From Candidatus Bathyarchaeota archaeon (GTDB lineage: Archaea > Thermoproteota > Bathyarchaeia > Bathyarchaeales > Bathyarchaeaceae), in contig JARRMB010000003.1 of the NCBI GenBank assembly GCA_037386325.1, forward strand, positions 1 to 38,012: a stretch of 38,012 nucleotides of DNA. Reading direction: 5' to 3'. The position numbers and the translations under genes are program-made. The notes beneath the pieces were generated by a model. It saw nothing but the letters and a program-made list of their open reading frames with translations. It had not been told where the DNA came from and made no database searches. Shown one piece after another: positions 9,541 through 19,499 of this stretch (positions within the stretch are counted from its first letter, which is position 1; the number at the start of each line of letters is the position of its first letter).

Positions 9541-10800
9541 TTAAGCTATTTGAGCCATAATCTTTTTTGTCAGTCTTTTATTTCCTGCTAAATATAGAAT
9601 CATATCATCATCTAAGTTAAGCCATGTTGATAATTCTGCTGCACTTTGAAGATTATTTTCGAAAATTATCTTGAGATAAGGGATAATTTCTTTAATACTT
9701 CTTGAAGCGGAAATATGGCATTTGTTTCTTATCTTAATTCCTAAAGCTTTCTGAAGTGCTCTTTCTCCTTTTGTTTTTGAAAGCATACGAATCTTATCTG
9801 GGAACCTGAATGGAATCCAACCTGATGATTTACTTCTCTCTCTTGATACTGCTACCCCAGAAGTCATGAAATCTATAACATATCGAAGAAAACTCCAGTT
9901 CTGAGTTTCTCTTATCCTTTTTCTATAAATGTCTGCCAATGCCAAAAAATCCATAGCTTTTACAAGATCATGAGGATCATTTAGATGATAGGGAGTGTTT
10001 TCATATATCCAGTAAAAAAGCATATCATGATCTACATCAGCGCTGCTTACTGTTTTCTTTGCTTCCCATGCATCTTTTGAATATAAAATTGTTTGCATAA
10101 CAGCAAATATTTCTTCTTTTCTGTCTCTACCCGATAGCCATTCTACATCTTTCATTCTAAGACATGTTTTTCCCTGAGCAAGTGCCTGTAAATCATTTAC
10201 AGCAGATCTTACATCTCTTCCAGAACGGGTAACAATGAATTTGAGTACTTCTTCTTCAGTTTCTATGCCTTCTTTTTTACAAATAAGTTTAAGATGAGAA
10301 ACTGCTTCTCTAACAGTTGGCTTTTTAAATGGAATAATTAAACAATATCTACGAATACTGCTAAACCGAGGATTATATGCATCGTTCGCTGTTAAAACAA
10401 TTGGGCTCCGCGTATCTTTTAAAATTTTTATAAGTTCCCTAACTCCACCTCTATCTTCTTTTCCTGAAATTCCATCAACTTCATCTAATAGAATTAATCG
10501 CTTTCCGCCAAAAAGTGTGGAATATTGAGAAGCGAGACCTGCGAACCTATTAATAGCATCAGCTGTTCTATAATCACTCGCATTTTTTTCAATAAGTTCT
10601 AAATTTAATTCTTTAGCAGAAGCCTCAACAGTCACAGTTTTACCTATTCCCGGTGGTCCCTGTAAAAGTGCTACTCTTTTTTTCGGGATTCCATTTTCCC
10701 AAGATTGAAGCCAATTAATAAATTGTTTTTTAGATTCCCTATTTCCTACTATTTCCTTCAAATTTTGAGGTTTGTATTTTTGGGTCCATGTTGTGGACAA
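9541..10800 (-). CDS. rfcL: Replication factor C large subunit
   Basis: WTQKYKP, GPPGIGKT, NASDYR, LLDEVD; directly downstream of rfcS. Confidence 0.95.
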   Translation of the reverse strand: MSTTWTQKYKPQNLKEIVGNRESKKQFINWLQSWENGIPKKRVALLQGPPGIGKTVTVEASAKELNLELIEKNASDYRTADAINRFAGLASQYSTLFGGKRLILLDEVDGISGKEDRGGVRELIKILKDTRSPIVLTANDAYNPRFSSIRRYCLIIPFKKPTVREAVSHLKLICKKEGIETEEEVLKFIVTRSGRDVRSAVNDLQALAQGKTCLRMKDVEWLSGRDRKEEIFAVMQTILYSKDAWEAKKTVSSADVDHDMLFYWIYENTPYHLNDPHDLVKAMDFLALADIYRKRIRETQNWSFLRYVIDFMTSGVAVSRERSKSSGWIPFRFPDKIRMLSKTKGERALQKALGIKIRNKCHISASRSIKEIIPYLKIIFENNLQSAAELSTWLNLDDDMILYLAGNKRLTKKIMAQIA

Positions 10801-10805
10801 AATAT

Positions 10806-11777
10806 CTAACAGCCTCTACTAAGCTCTTTTCCTGCTTCAGTAAACCTAGCCAATAGTGCACTTAACTGAACTTCCACGTCTGCACCCTGAACCATTCTGA
10901 AATCTATTTCTCCTATTGCTTCGCTTAGTGTTACCTTCCATGAATCAGGTAACATTGATCGAAAGATTGCAGTGTGGATTTGTTTAATTATGTCGCTTCC
11001 TGCAACGCCATATTTCATAATCATTTCTCTGAGTTGTTTTCTGGCATCCAAGAAATCACCTTTCATTGCAGTCTTTATCATAATGTTAACATCTTCTGGA
11101 TTTGCATGCCCTATAACTGAATATACAGTTTCAGCATCAATTATCTTACCCATTGAAGCTGCAGCTTGGATTGTGTTAGTTGCTTTTCGTAAGTCACCTT
11201 GGCTAACTTCAAAGATAGCATTATACCCTTCATTTAATATCTCAATCTTTTCTTTTTCTATAATATTTCGTAAATATCGATCCTGATCTGGTTGGGACAT
11301 GTAAGAAAAACGGAATGGGGCACATCTAGATTGTAGTGGTTCTATTATTTTGCCACTATAATTTGCAATCATTATGAATCGGCATGTTTCAGTAAATCTT
11401 TCCATTGTTCTTCTTAATGCTTGTTGGGCGTCAGAGGTCATATTATCTGCTTCATCTAATATTAGAATCTTAAATGGGATTTCTCCAATTGAGCGTGTTC
11501 GAGCAAAAGTTTTCACTGTTTCTCTTACAATCTTAATTCCTCTTTCGTCGCTGGCATTCAACTCCATAAGATGCTCTCTGTATTCTTTTCCGTAAAGATC
11601 CATTGCTAAACAGAGTGCAGCTGTAGTTTTTCCCGTACCTGGTGGGCCTGCAAATATGCAATGTGGAACATTTTGTGCTTTAACAAAACTTTTCAAACGG
11701 TCCACGATTTCTTTTTGATTGATTATAGCCTTAAGTGATTTGGGGCGGTACTTCTCAGCCCACATCTCATAACTCAT
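10806..11777 (-). CDS. rfcS: Replication factor C small subunit
   Basis: WAEKYRP, GPPGTGKT, ELNASDERG, LDEADNMT, QSRC; no intein. Confidence 0.96.
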   Translation of the reverse strand: MSYEMWAEKYRPKSLKAIINQKEIVDRLKSFVKAQNVPHCIFAGPPGTGKTTAALCLAMDLYGKEYREHLMELNASDERGIKIVRETVKTFARTRSIGEIPFKILILDEADNMTSDAQQALRRTMERFTETCRFIMIANYSGKIIEPLQSRCAPFRFSYMSQPDQDRYLRNIIEKEKIEILNEGYNAIFEVSQGDLRKATNTIQAAASMGKIIDAETVYSVIGHANPEDVNIMIKTAMKGDFLDARKQLREMIMKYGVAGSDIIKQIHTAIFRSMLPDSWKVTLSEAIGEIDFRMVQGADVEVQLSALLARFTEAGKELSRGC

Positions 11778-11855
11778 GTGTTAGTCTCCGTGAGGACTAA
11801 TAGAAAAAAGACCATTATAAATTAGTATTTGTAATATTTTTTTGCTAATAATATT

Positions 11856-12413
11856 TTATTTTTTCTTTGAAAAACCATAATTTCCCAGTTTTTTATTTAT
11901 ATTCCAATATTCACCTTGATTGAATACGAAGGGATCTGCTTTTTTAAAGTCTATATTACCTTTCTCATCCAAAATTTCATTGTCAACATGAACTTGAACT
12001 ATTTCACCAAGGAATAAGTCATGCGCTCCTAATGGGATTACTTCTTTCAATTTACATTCAATATTCACTGGACACTCTTTTATTAGAGGACTTTTGACAT
12101 TTTCTGCTTTTTGTTTAGTTAACTTAGTTTCAGAAAACTTTTCAACATTTTTTCCCGAAGAAACTCCACAATAATCAGATTCTCTTAGTATTTTTGTTGT
12201 TGGAATGTTTACTACAAATTCTTTATTGCTTTTAATCAATCCATAAGAATAACGAGTCGGTCTAATACCCATTGCGATTATTGGGGGTTCAGAACACACC
12301 GTTCCAACCCAAGCTAGCGTGATTATATTAGGATTTCCCTCATTGTCTAGGCATGTGACAAGAACAACTGGGCAAGGAAATAAAGCAGTCCACGGATTCT
12401 TTTTAGTCTTCAT
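11856..12413 (-). CDS. Flavin reductase-like FMN-binding protein (flavoredoxin family)
   Basis: PCPVVLVT, NIITLAW, EFVVNIP, ECPVNIEC, HDLFLGEI. Confidence 0.88.
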   Translation of the reverse strand: MKTKKNPWTALFPCPVVLVTCLDNEGNPNIITLAWVGTVCSEPPIIAMGIRPTRYSYGLIKSNKEFVVNIPTTKILRESDYCGVSSGKNVEKFSETKLTKQKAENVKSPLIKECPVNIECKLKEVIPLGAHDLFLGEIVQVHVDNEILDEKGNIDFKKADPFVFNQGEYWNINKKLGNYGFSKKK

Positions 12414-12717
12414 AAAAACAAATTCATATAGTTGGCTATTTACATCTTTCTAAGATTAGTCCATCCATACAAATGAAATTAATTCCATGAAAATTACCAA
12501 TAGTCTTCGAGATAAATAGTCTCTACTTCATTTTTTCTTTTTTCAAATTTTTTTGTTTTTAAATAAAAATATTAAATTTAAATTTTCAATATGTATTTAA
12601 AAGAAAAAATTTAAATTTGAGCCCAAACATTTAACTCAAAAGTTAACAAAACCATAATGTTCGTAATATTATTACAAAAGTTACTGAATAACAATTTTAG
12701 TTGGTTGGAAATATTTA

Positions 12718-13929
12718 ATGCAGTTGTTAGCAATTTTACCAATAATCCTCATTGTTGCATTTATTTTGGGCGAATTATTCAAAAGAATAGGTTTACCATC
12801 TGTAGTGGGTGAAATATTAGCCGGATTATTATTTGGTATTCCATTTCTAAAGAATCTACTATTCGGCGATGGAGAAACACTAGTAATCATCGATTTTCTA
12901 GCTACACTTGGGGTATTACTTTTACTTTTTCTGGCAGGATTGGAAATTGAAATTGAGAAAATTAAAGAAACCTCAAGAGATTCAATTCTTGTCTCTTTAA
13001 GTTCTGCTCTTGTTCCATTTGGACTCGGATTTCTTTTTATGACAATATTTTTTCCTGAATATGGTTCTCTATCTGCAATAATATTTGGTGGAGCCATGAT
13101 GGTAACCTCCGAAGGAACAAAAGTCAAAGTACTAATGGACCTTAACTCTTTGAACACTAGACTAGGAGCAGTAATGCTTGCTGCAGGTGCAATAGACGAT
13201 ATATTTGAAGTCCTATTCTTGTCAGTTGTTGTCATATTCGCAAATGAAGGAAGTCTATTTGATCTCGCAATGATTCCTGTAGAAATTATAATCTTTCTAG
13301 CGATAGCATATATTTCTTTTAAGCTCATGTCTAAAGTTCTTCGTGCCCTTGACAAAAAACCTGGAGAGGAGACAGGATTATTTTCTATAGTCATGATTTT
13401 CATTTTGCTACTAGCAGCTCTTTCTGAATCCTTAAATGTTGGTTACTTAATTGGAGCTATTCTTGGTGGTTTTTTCCTTCAAATTTCTTTACAAGAAATT
13501 AGCCAGAAAAACAGAAAAGATTTGATTAATGTAGTCAAGCTTATTGCATTAGGGTTTATCGTTCCATTTTTCTTTGTTAATGTTGGATTGACATTTGATT
13601 TAACAACACTTCTTTCTAATACTCCACTCATTATTGCTACAATCCTAATTGCTTTTTTTGGGAAAATGATCGGAACGTTAATAATTAAACCAGTTTCGAC
13701 TTTGAACTGGAAACAATTATATTATATTGGTTGGGCAATGAATTCAAGGGGTGCAGCAGAATTAGTTATTGCATTGATTGCTGTTCAGTACAATTTGATT
13801 CCCCTTGAAATTTTTTCAGCTCTTGTTGCTATGAGTATTGTAACTACTCTTATCTTTCCTCCAGTCTTATCCAGGGGAATTAAGAAAAATCCGGGATTAA
13901 TGGATGCAAAAGTGGACAGAAAATATTAA
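12718..13929 (+). CDS. Cation:proton antiporter (CPA2, Kef/NapA-like)
   Basis: About 12-13 TM helices; LPSVVGEILAG, LFLAGLE, AIDD, GKMIG, SRG motifs. Confidence 0.9.
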   Translation: MQLLAILPIILIVAFILGELFKRIGLPSVVGEILAGLLFGIPFLKNLLFGDGETLVIIDFLATLGVLLLLFLAGLEIEIEKIKETSRDSILVSLSSALVPFGLGFLFMTIFFPEYGSLSAIIFGGAMMVTSEGTKVKVLMDLNSLNTRLGAVMLAAGAIDDIFEVLFLSVVVIFANEGSLFDLAMIPVEIIIFLAIAYISFKLMSKVLRALDKKPGEETGLFSIVMIFILLLAALSESLNVGYLIGAILGGFFLQISLQEISQKNRKDLINVVKLIALGFIVPFFFVNVGLTFDLTTLLSNTPLIIATILIAFFGKMIGTLIIKPVSTLNWKQLYYIGWAMNSRGAAELVIALIAVQYNLIPLEIFSALVAMSIVTTLIFPPVLSRGIKKNPGLMDAKVDRKY

Positions 13930-14005
13930 GACTAAATATAGGCAAATGAATATGTGAGAAGTTTAATTAGTATAGTGTGAATGAAGAGAAATCGGGGGTA
14001 ATTGA

Positions 14006-14392
14006 ATGAAAGAAAAAATGAGAATCTTGGTTGGTCTTGACGGTTCTGATTATTCTACTTGGGCATTGATGGAAGCAATTAGCTTAGCAAAAAAGTTCTC
14101 TGGTCATATTACAGTCATTACAGTTTACAAAAGAGGAAGTAAAGAAGAAGCAGATAAAATTCAATTGAAAGCTAATCAACTTTTAGAAGAAGAAAAAATT
14201 GATTGCAATTTACTATCAATTCTTGGCTCTAATCCTTCTAGAGCATTAGTTGAAACTGCAGAAAATGAAAAATTTGATTTGATTGTTGTTGGTAGCAGAG
14301 GGTTGGGTATGGCCGCTGCTTTCTTAATCGGTAGTGTTTCTAAACAAGTAGTTTCTAAAGCAAATTGTGATGTCCTAGTAGTGAAAAAATAG
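14006..14392 (+). CDS. Universal stress protein
   Basis: ILVGLDGS, DLIVVGSRG, GSVS, CDVLVV. Confidence 0.9.
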   Translation: MKEKMRILVGLDGSDYSTWALMEAISLAKKFSGHITVITVYKRGSKEEADKIQLKANQLLEEEKIDCNLLSILGSNPSRALVETAENEKFDLIVVGSRGLGMAAAFLIGSVSKQVVSKANCDVLVVKK

Positions 14393-14537
14393 ATTCAATT
14401 TCTGTGGTCTTCTATTTTATTATTTAGAATGCAAAATGTAATGGAATTGTTTTAATTGAAATATATTTTAAATTCTTTATTTTTTATTCAGGAAAAAAAT
14501 ATTAATTTAGATTTTAATATGTAACTGAGAGATTTCT

Positions 14538-15522
14538 TTGAGAATCTGTTTTTTTGTTTGGGAATATCCTCCAAAACTTGTTGGAGGATTAGGGACTTAT
14601 GCAGAATATATAACTCGTGAGTTTATTGAAATGGGTCATGATGTTACCGTTTTTACACTTAATCCTGGAAATCTTAAAACAAGAGATGTGATAAATGGCG
14701 TTGAAGTCCATCGACCATTAATTGCTGATGCAAGTAATGTCTTTCCCATGTTTGTAATTGATGACCTGAAAAAATGGGGAGCAAATCTTCGTTTATTCAA
14801 TGATATTTTTATATATAATATTTTGAGTGCAACAAAACTTGTTAATAGTCTAATTAAGAAAGAAGGCTACACATTTGATGTAGTTGCAGTTCATGATTGG
14901 TTAAGTAGTATTGCTGGAATAATCATAAAAAACGAAACGAATATTCCAGTAGTTTTTCACGTACATAGTACAGAATTTGGTCGATCTGGTGGACAAGGAT
15001 CTGAAGTTGTATCTCATTTTGAATCAGAAACAGCAAAAACTGCTGACAAAATAATTACAGTTAGTCACGCGATGCGAGAAGATCTAATTAGACATGGCAA
15101 AAAGGCTTGGAATAAAAAATAATGTAATTTGTCGTTTCGATTTTATACCTGAAGAAGAAAGAATTCTTCATTATGCTGCTTCAGATGTATGTGTTTTTCC
15201 TTCGGTCTATGAACCTTTTGGAATTGTAAGTCTCGAAGCTATGGCAATGGGAAAACCTATAGTTGTAGGAGCTCATGGTGTTGTTGGCTTTCGTGAACAA
15301 GTAATAAACTCTGGTCCTGAGCAGAATGGTATTCATATTAATGGAGAAAATGCGGCAGATATTGCTTGGGGTGTAAAAGAAGTGCTAAAAAATTTTGAAA
15401 AGGCAAAATTATGGGGTAAGAATGGTCGTGAAAGGGTTTTAAAATACTTTACTTGGGAGCAAGTTGTTGAACAAACACTTCAGATTTATCGATCTCTTCA
15501 ATCCAAGACAGCAAAAAAATAG
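14538..15522 (+). pseudogene. GT4-family glycosyltransferase split into two frames by an internal deletion near 15095
   Basis: The N-half (WEYPP..GGLG, HDWL, HSTE, ITVS) and C-half (VFPSVYEPFGIVSLEAMA) overlap in different frames. The NGVD and GRL..KG segment expected between them is absent. Confidence 0.8.
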
Positions 15523-15564
15523 TGTTAAACTAATTCTTTCAATCATTATGATACATTCTGCAGC

Positions 15565-16382
15565 TTATCTAACTATCAATACAGAACTTCTCGCATGTAT
15601 ACTTATGTCGTCACTTACACTACCGAGCATGTATCTTCTTACACTGCTTAAGCCTCTACTTCCTACTACAATGATGTCTACATTAGCTTTTTTTGCAACT
15701 TTTATTATGATTTCCGCTGGACTACCATATTCAAGTATCTTATCAAATGATAATCCTTTAACCTTTGTTTCTGCATCTTTTAAAATGCATTCTCCAACGG
15801 TTCCAAGACAATCTACTACTTGAGGTCCACCTATCCGAACAAGTTTATCTTCTTCAACATGAACCAAAGCCAAGTTAGCATTAAAATTTCGAGCCAATTC
15901 AGCTGAATATTCTAGTGCTTTATTAGAAGGTTTAGATCCATCAACAGCTGAAAGTATTTTCATTACTTTTGGTTTCTTTTTCACAATGAGAACTGAACAG
16001 TCAGAATGTCTTGCAACTTTCTCTGTAATACTTCCCAAAGAATAACGTTCAGATTGATGTTCTGCACGATTTCCAATAACAACTAAGTCATATTCTTCAT
16101 CTTTAACTAATTCTAGAATGTATTCAGCCGGATCTTCAAAGGTAACTAATCTTGCATCAACATCAATTTTCGCTTCTCTGAACATTTCCTCGGCATTTCT
16201 AATAAAAGTTGCAACAGTTCCGGATGCATAAATTCATGTGACGCTACATGAACCACAGTTACTTTTGATTTAAATTTCTTGGCGATTGAAGAAGCAAACA
16301 TTTTTGCATGAAGACAAGAATGGGAACCATCTACTGGAACTAGAATCTTTTTAAAAATTTGCCTATCAATCATCTCAGTCAC
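15565..16382 (-). pseudogene. Tandem two-domain universal stress protein, frameshifted near 16200-16215
   Basis: FKKILVPVDGS..HVASHEFMHPEL lies in one frame; IRNAEEMFRE..DLVVIGNR..LGS plus a complete second USP domain lie in another. Confidence 0.8.
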
Positions 16383-16425
16383 AAACTAAATTAACTATAT
16401 TGAATATTTTAAGTTTCTCGCAAAT

Positions 16426-17952
16426 TTATGATGATCCTGAGCTCACATTTAACGTGTCACTAATTATAGTTCCCAAATCAGTTCTAGTTAGTAAACCAAC
16501 AATTTTCTTAGGATTAGTTGAATCAACTACTGCAATACGATCCATTTTATGTATTCTCATCTTATTGAATGCAACAAGCACCAGATCTTCTGGAAATATC
16601 ACAATAGGGCTTTCTTGAACAATATCTCGAATTAGAACCTCGTTTCGTTTCTCTTTTTCAATCTTAGTCAAATCATCCAAACCTACGAGACCAATAAAAT
16701 TACCATTCTCATCAACTACAGGATATCCAGTATGATGATGTTTGGCCATGACATCTAATAGTTCATTTATGGAGAAATTAGGAGATACCGTATTAAGCTG
16801 TTTAGACATAACATCCTTTACTTGAAATTGTGAAAGCACTGCAATTTCTTTCAAGGGACGAACAGGAACAGGTACATAAGCTTCTTTCATATCAGAAATT
16901 TCTTTTAAGGCAGTTCTTCTTTTCTGTACCGCAGCCTGAAGTACATGTGAAAAAGCGTCCGGTTCAAGTTCTATTACACCTGTATTTATTACTCCTGCTT
17001 CTACTGCGGAATAAAAGAAATCTTCTCCTTCCTTTGTTCTTATGATAACCGTTGACCATTCTTTAAGAGGATATGCACTTCCGATTGAAATGTCAGCTAG
17101 TTCTGATGTGAAATCAGTGCAAGTTTCACAACTGGTCAAAATATGTGGTTTAACTTCAGATAATGGAATGGATATTTTACCATTTTCTGTTTGGACAATT
17201 AACTCTTTCAAGATGTCAAGTCGTTTTATTTCTTTTGGATTTATGTTATATTTTTTGGACAGAAAACTTAGCAAATGACTAAAAGAAAGAGTCCAGAAAC
17301 AGAAGAGACCTATTATAACTTTTAAGTTTCCAGTGATTTTATGTTCCCAAGCCTCAAGTTTTCGAAGAGCTTGTACATGACATGGGACTCCTACGAATGC
17401 GATATTACCTTTTCCATACTCATATACTGCACTTCCGTAAGCTCTAGCTACTGATGATGGAAAGAATTTGCTTCCCACTGCTGAAAAAACATCATCAGGG
17501 ACTTCACCAACTAAAGCCTTAGGTTTTATAGGAACATCAGTTTCTGCTTGAGAAACAATTGCGCTATCTATTATTCCTTTTTCAATTGCATTTGTTAAAA
17601 GAGTTGTAACCACCCCACCGCCATGACCTAGTTTCCTAAGTTCTGGATCTGCTGCTTGAGCTAATAAGATCCGTCTATAATGTCCTAATCCTTCTCTCTT
17701 TATTGGTGAATCTGAAACAAATTTTAGACTTTCATCAAGGAGATTTTCAGAATGTGGGCAAATATTGTAACATATAGGACAAGATTCTATATCTTTTGAG
17801 CAATCAAAATGTTCAATCCTATCTTCTTTTATTGTTATTGCATGAACGGGGCATGCTGCTTCACAAGCTCCACAGAAAGTGCAAAATCCAGAGTTTATTA
17901 TTTTAAATTCTAAGTCGTCATATGCGATATGTTTGTCTTTTTTTGTTACCAA
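16426..17952 (-). CDS. FrhB/FpoF-like F420-oxidoreductase subunit with N-terminal 2x[4Fe-4S] domain and C-terminal CBS pair
   Basis: CTFCGACEAACP and CPICYNICP; GGGVVTTLL, GVPCHVQA, IGLFC, CETCTDFTSELADISIG; CBS motifs VKDVM, GYPVVD, IAVVD..GLLTRTD. Confidence 0.88.
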   Translation of the reverse strand: MVTKKDKHIAYDDLEFKIINSGFCTFCGACEAACPVHAITIKEDRIEHFDCSKDIESCPICYNICPHSENLLDESLKFVSDSPIKREGLGHYRRILLAQAADPELRKLGHGGGVVTTLLTNAIEKGIIDSAIVSQAETDVPIKPKALVGEVPDDVFSAVGSKFFPSSVARAYGSAVYEYGKGNIAFVGVPCHVQALRKLEAWEHKITGNLKVIIGLFCFWTLSFSHLLSFLSKKYNINPKEIKRLDILKELIVQTENGKISIPLSEVKPHILTSCETCTDFTSELADISIGSAYPLKEWSTVIIRTKEGEDFFYSAVEAGVINTGVIELEPDAFSHVLQAAVQKRRTALKEISDMKEAYVPVPVRPLKEIAVLSQFQVKDVMSKQLNTVSPNFSINELLDVMAKHHHTGYPVVDENGNFIGLVGLDDLTKIEKEKRNEVLIRDIVQESPIVIFPEDLVLVAFNKMRIHKMDRIAVVDSTNPKKIVGLLTRTDLGTIISDTLNVSSGSS

Positions 17953-18000
17953 AGAATTCCCTTCTAATATTGTATTATTCTCTTAAGTTAAATTTTTGGA

Positions 18001-19482
18001 TTATACAGGTAAATATGGGGTAATTGAAGATAACACATTTAGAATTAAATCTGGGTATAAACCTAGAATGATAATTATTATTACTAAACAATATATTGGA
18101 ATCAGTAATTTTCTCGGTTCTTTAAACTGTTTATCACTGTTTGGAGTTTTGGCGTAAAAGTAATGTATAACCCTTAGCAGGTAAGCAGATTGAAGCACCG
18201 AATTAAGAACACCAACTACTGCCAACCATGCAACAGTTGATTGTAAAACTGAAGTGAACACCATATATTTTGCAATAAATCCTGCAAATAATGGTACTCC
18301 TGAAAATGAGAGGGCTGCACATACAAAAGCAAAACTTGTTAATGGCATTTTTCGTCCTAATCCCGCCATATCCTCCAAAGTTTCTAACCCCTTTCTTTTG
18401 AATACTCCAATAACCATAAACGCAAGAGCAGTCTCCATGGCCGCAACAAAGAAGAAAAATAAGTTACCTGTTAATCCAATAGACGTTATACTTGTTATCG
18501 CTATTAGATTGTAACCGATATCAGCGATACAAACGTATGATACCATTCTTTTTACATTTTGTTGAGCTAGTGCAAAAAGATTACCAACTATCATTGTAAA
18601 TGCAGAAAATACTGCAACAGTAAATCGCCAATCTACAATTTCTGTAGGTGTTAGAATGAATAATAGAACTCTTAGAAGCACATAGTAACTACCCTGATCT
18701 ACAATAGCTGATAAGAAAGCTGATCCAGAATCTGGTGCTGCAGTATAAGCATCAGGCAACCACATGTGAAAAGGAACAATAGCTGTTTCGATGGCATAAC
18801 CTGCAATGATAAAAGCAAATGCTACCAATAGAAGCTGTGGGTTACTCGTAGTTAACAGTACTTCTTTGACAATCCAGAAGTTTAGTGAACCGGTAAGGCT
18901 GTATAATAATGATAGTCCAAATATTGTAAAACCAGAAGCTATGATAACCATAATTAGATATTTTAATGCTGATTCTAATGATTCTCGAGTTTTCTTATAT
19001 GCTACGATAAAACAAGCACCTGCTGCTGTTGATTCCCAGAAAATAAAAAGAGTGAGTAAATCTCCTGAGAATGTAGCTGCTATTACAGTACCTGTGACTA
19101 TAAGCAACAATGCATAATATCTTTCGGATAGACTCTCTTTTGAATTTACATGCAGAACGCTATAAAGACAGGTAATAGTACCAACTACAATGTACGCACT
19201 AACCATGTATACTGATACTGTATCCACGAGAAATGTCGTTGATATTGGAGCTAAAATTGTATCTACTGCAGAAATTTGAAGAACTGGTTGTGATTGCGTA
19301 AAATATTCTGAAGCTATTCTGTAAACACCAATTGCAGCTATAGAAAAAGAAAGAAGTATCCATGCTACAATGAAATTTTGGGGATCTTTTTTTGTTCTTT
19401 TAATAAGGCGTACAAGTGGAACAGTAAGTAAGGAGCAAACCGTGAAAACTATTGTGGGCCATAGAATGTCGATTATGTTCAT
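18001..19482 (-). CDS. nuoN: Antiporter-like membrane subunit (NuoN/MrpD-like)
   Basis: DLLTLFIFWE, ESALKYLI, VPFHMWLPDAY, NVKRM, GVPLFAGFIAK. Confidence 0.85.
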   Translation of the reverse strand: MNIIDILWPTIVFTVCSLLTVPLVRLIKRTKKDPQNFIVAWILLSFSIAAIGVYRIASEYFTQSQPVLQISAVDTILAPISTTFLVDTVSVYMVSAYIVVGTITCLYSVLHVNSKESLSERYYALLLIVTGTVIAATFSGDLLTLFIFWESTAAGACFIVAYKKTRESLESALKYLIMVIIASGFTIFGLSLLYSLTGSLNFWIVKEVLLTTSNPQLLLVAFAFIIAGYAIETAIVPFHMWLPDAYTAAPDSGSAFLSAIVDQGSYYVLLRVLLFILTPTEIVDWRFTVAVFSAFTMIVGNLFALAQQNVKRMVSYVCIADIGYNLIAITSITSIGLTGNLFFFFVAAMETALAFMVIGVFKRKGLETLEDMAGLGRKMPLTSFAFVCAALSFSGVPLFAGFIAKYMVFTSVLQSTVAWLAVVGVLNSVLQSAYLLRVIHYFYAKTPNSDKQFKEPRKLLIPIYCLVIIIIILGLYPDLILNVLSSITPYLPV

Positions 19483-19499
19483 AAATTATACGCACCCAA

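Noticed and set aside
12414-12717. AT-rich intergenic region as a replication origin or ncRNA
   Set aside because: No ORB-like repeats, no cdc6 and no stable structure seen; consistent with divergent promoters.
12681-13403. 240-aa minus-strand ORF, 5027-5581 and other short antisense or nested ORFs
   Set aside because: They are shadows of well-supported genes and carry no motifs.
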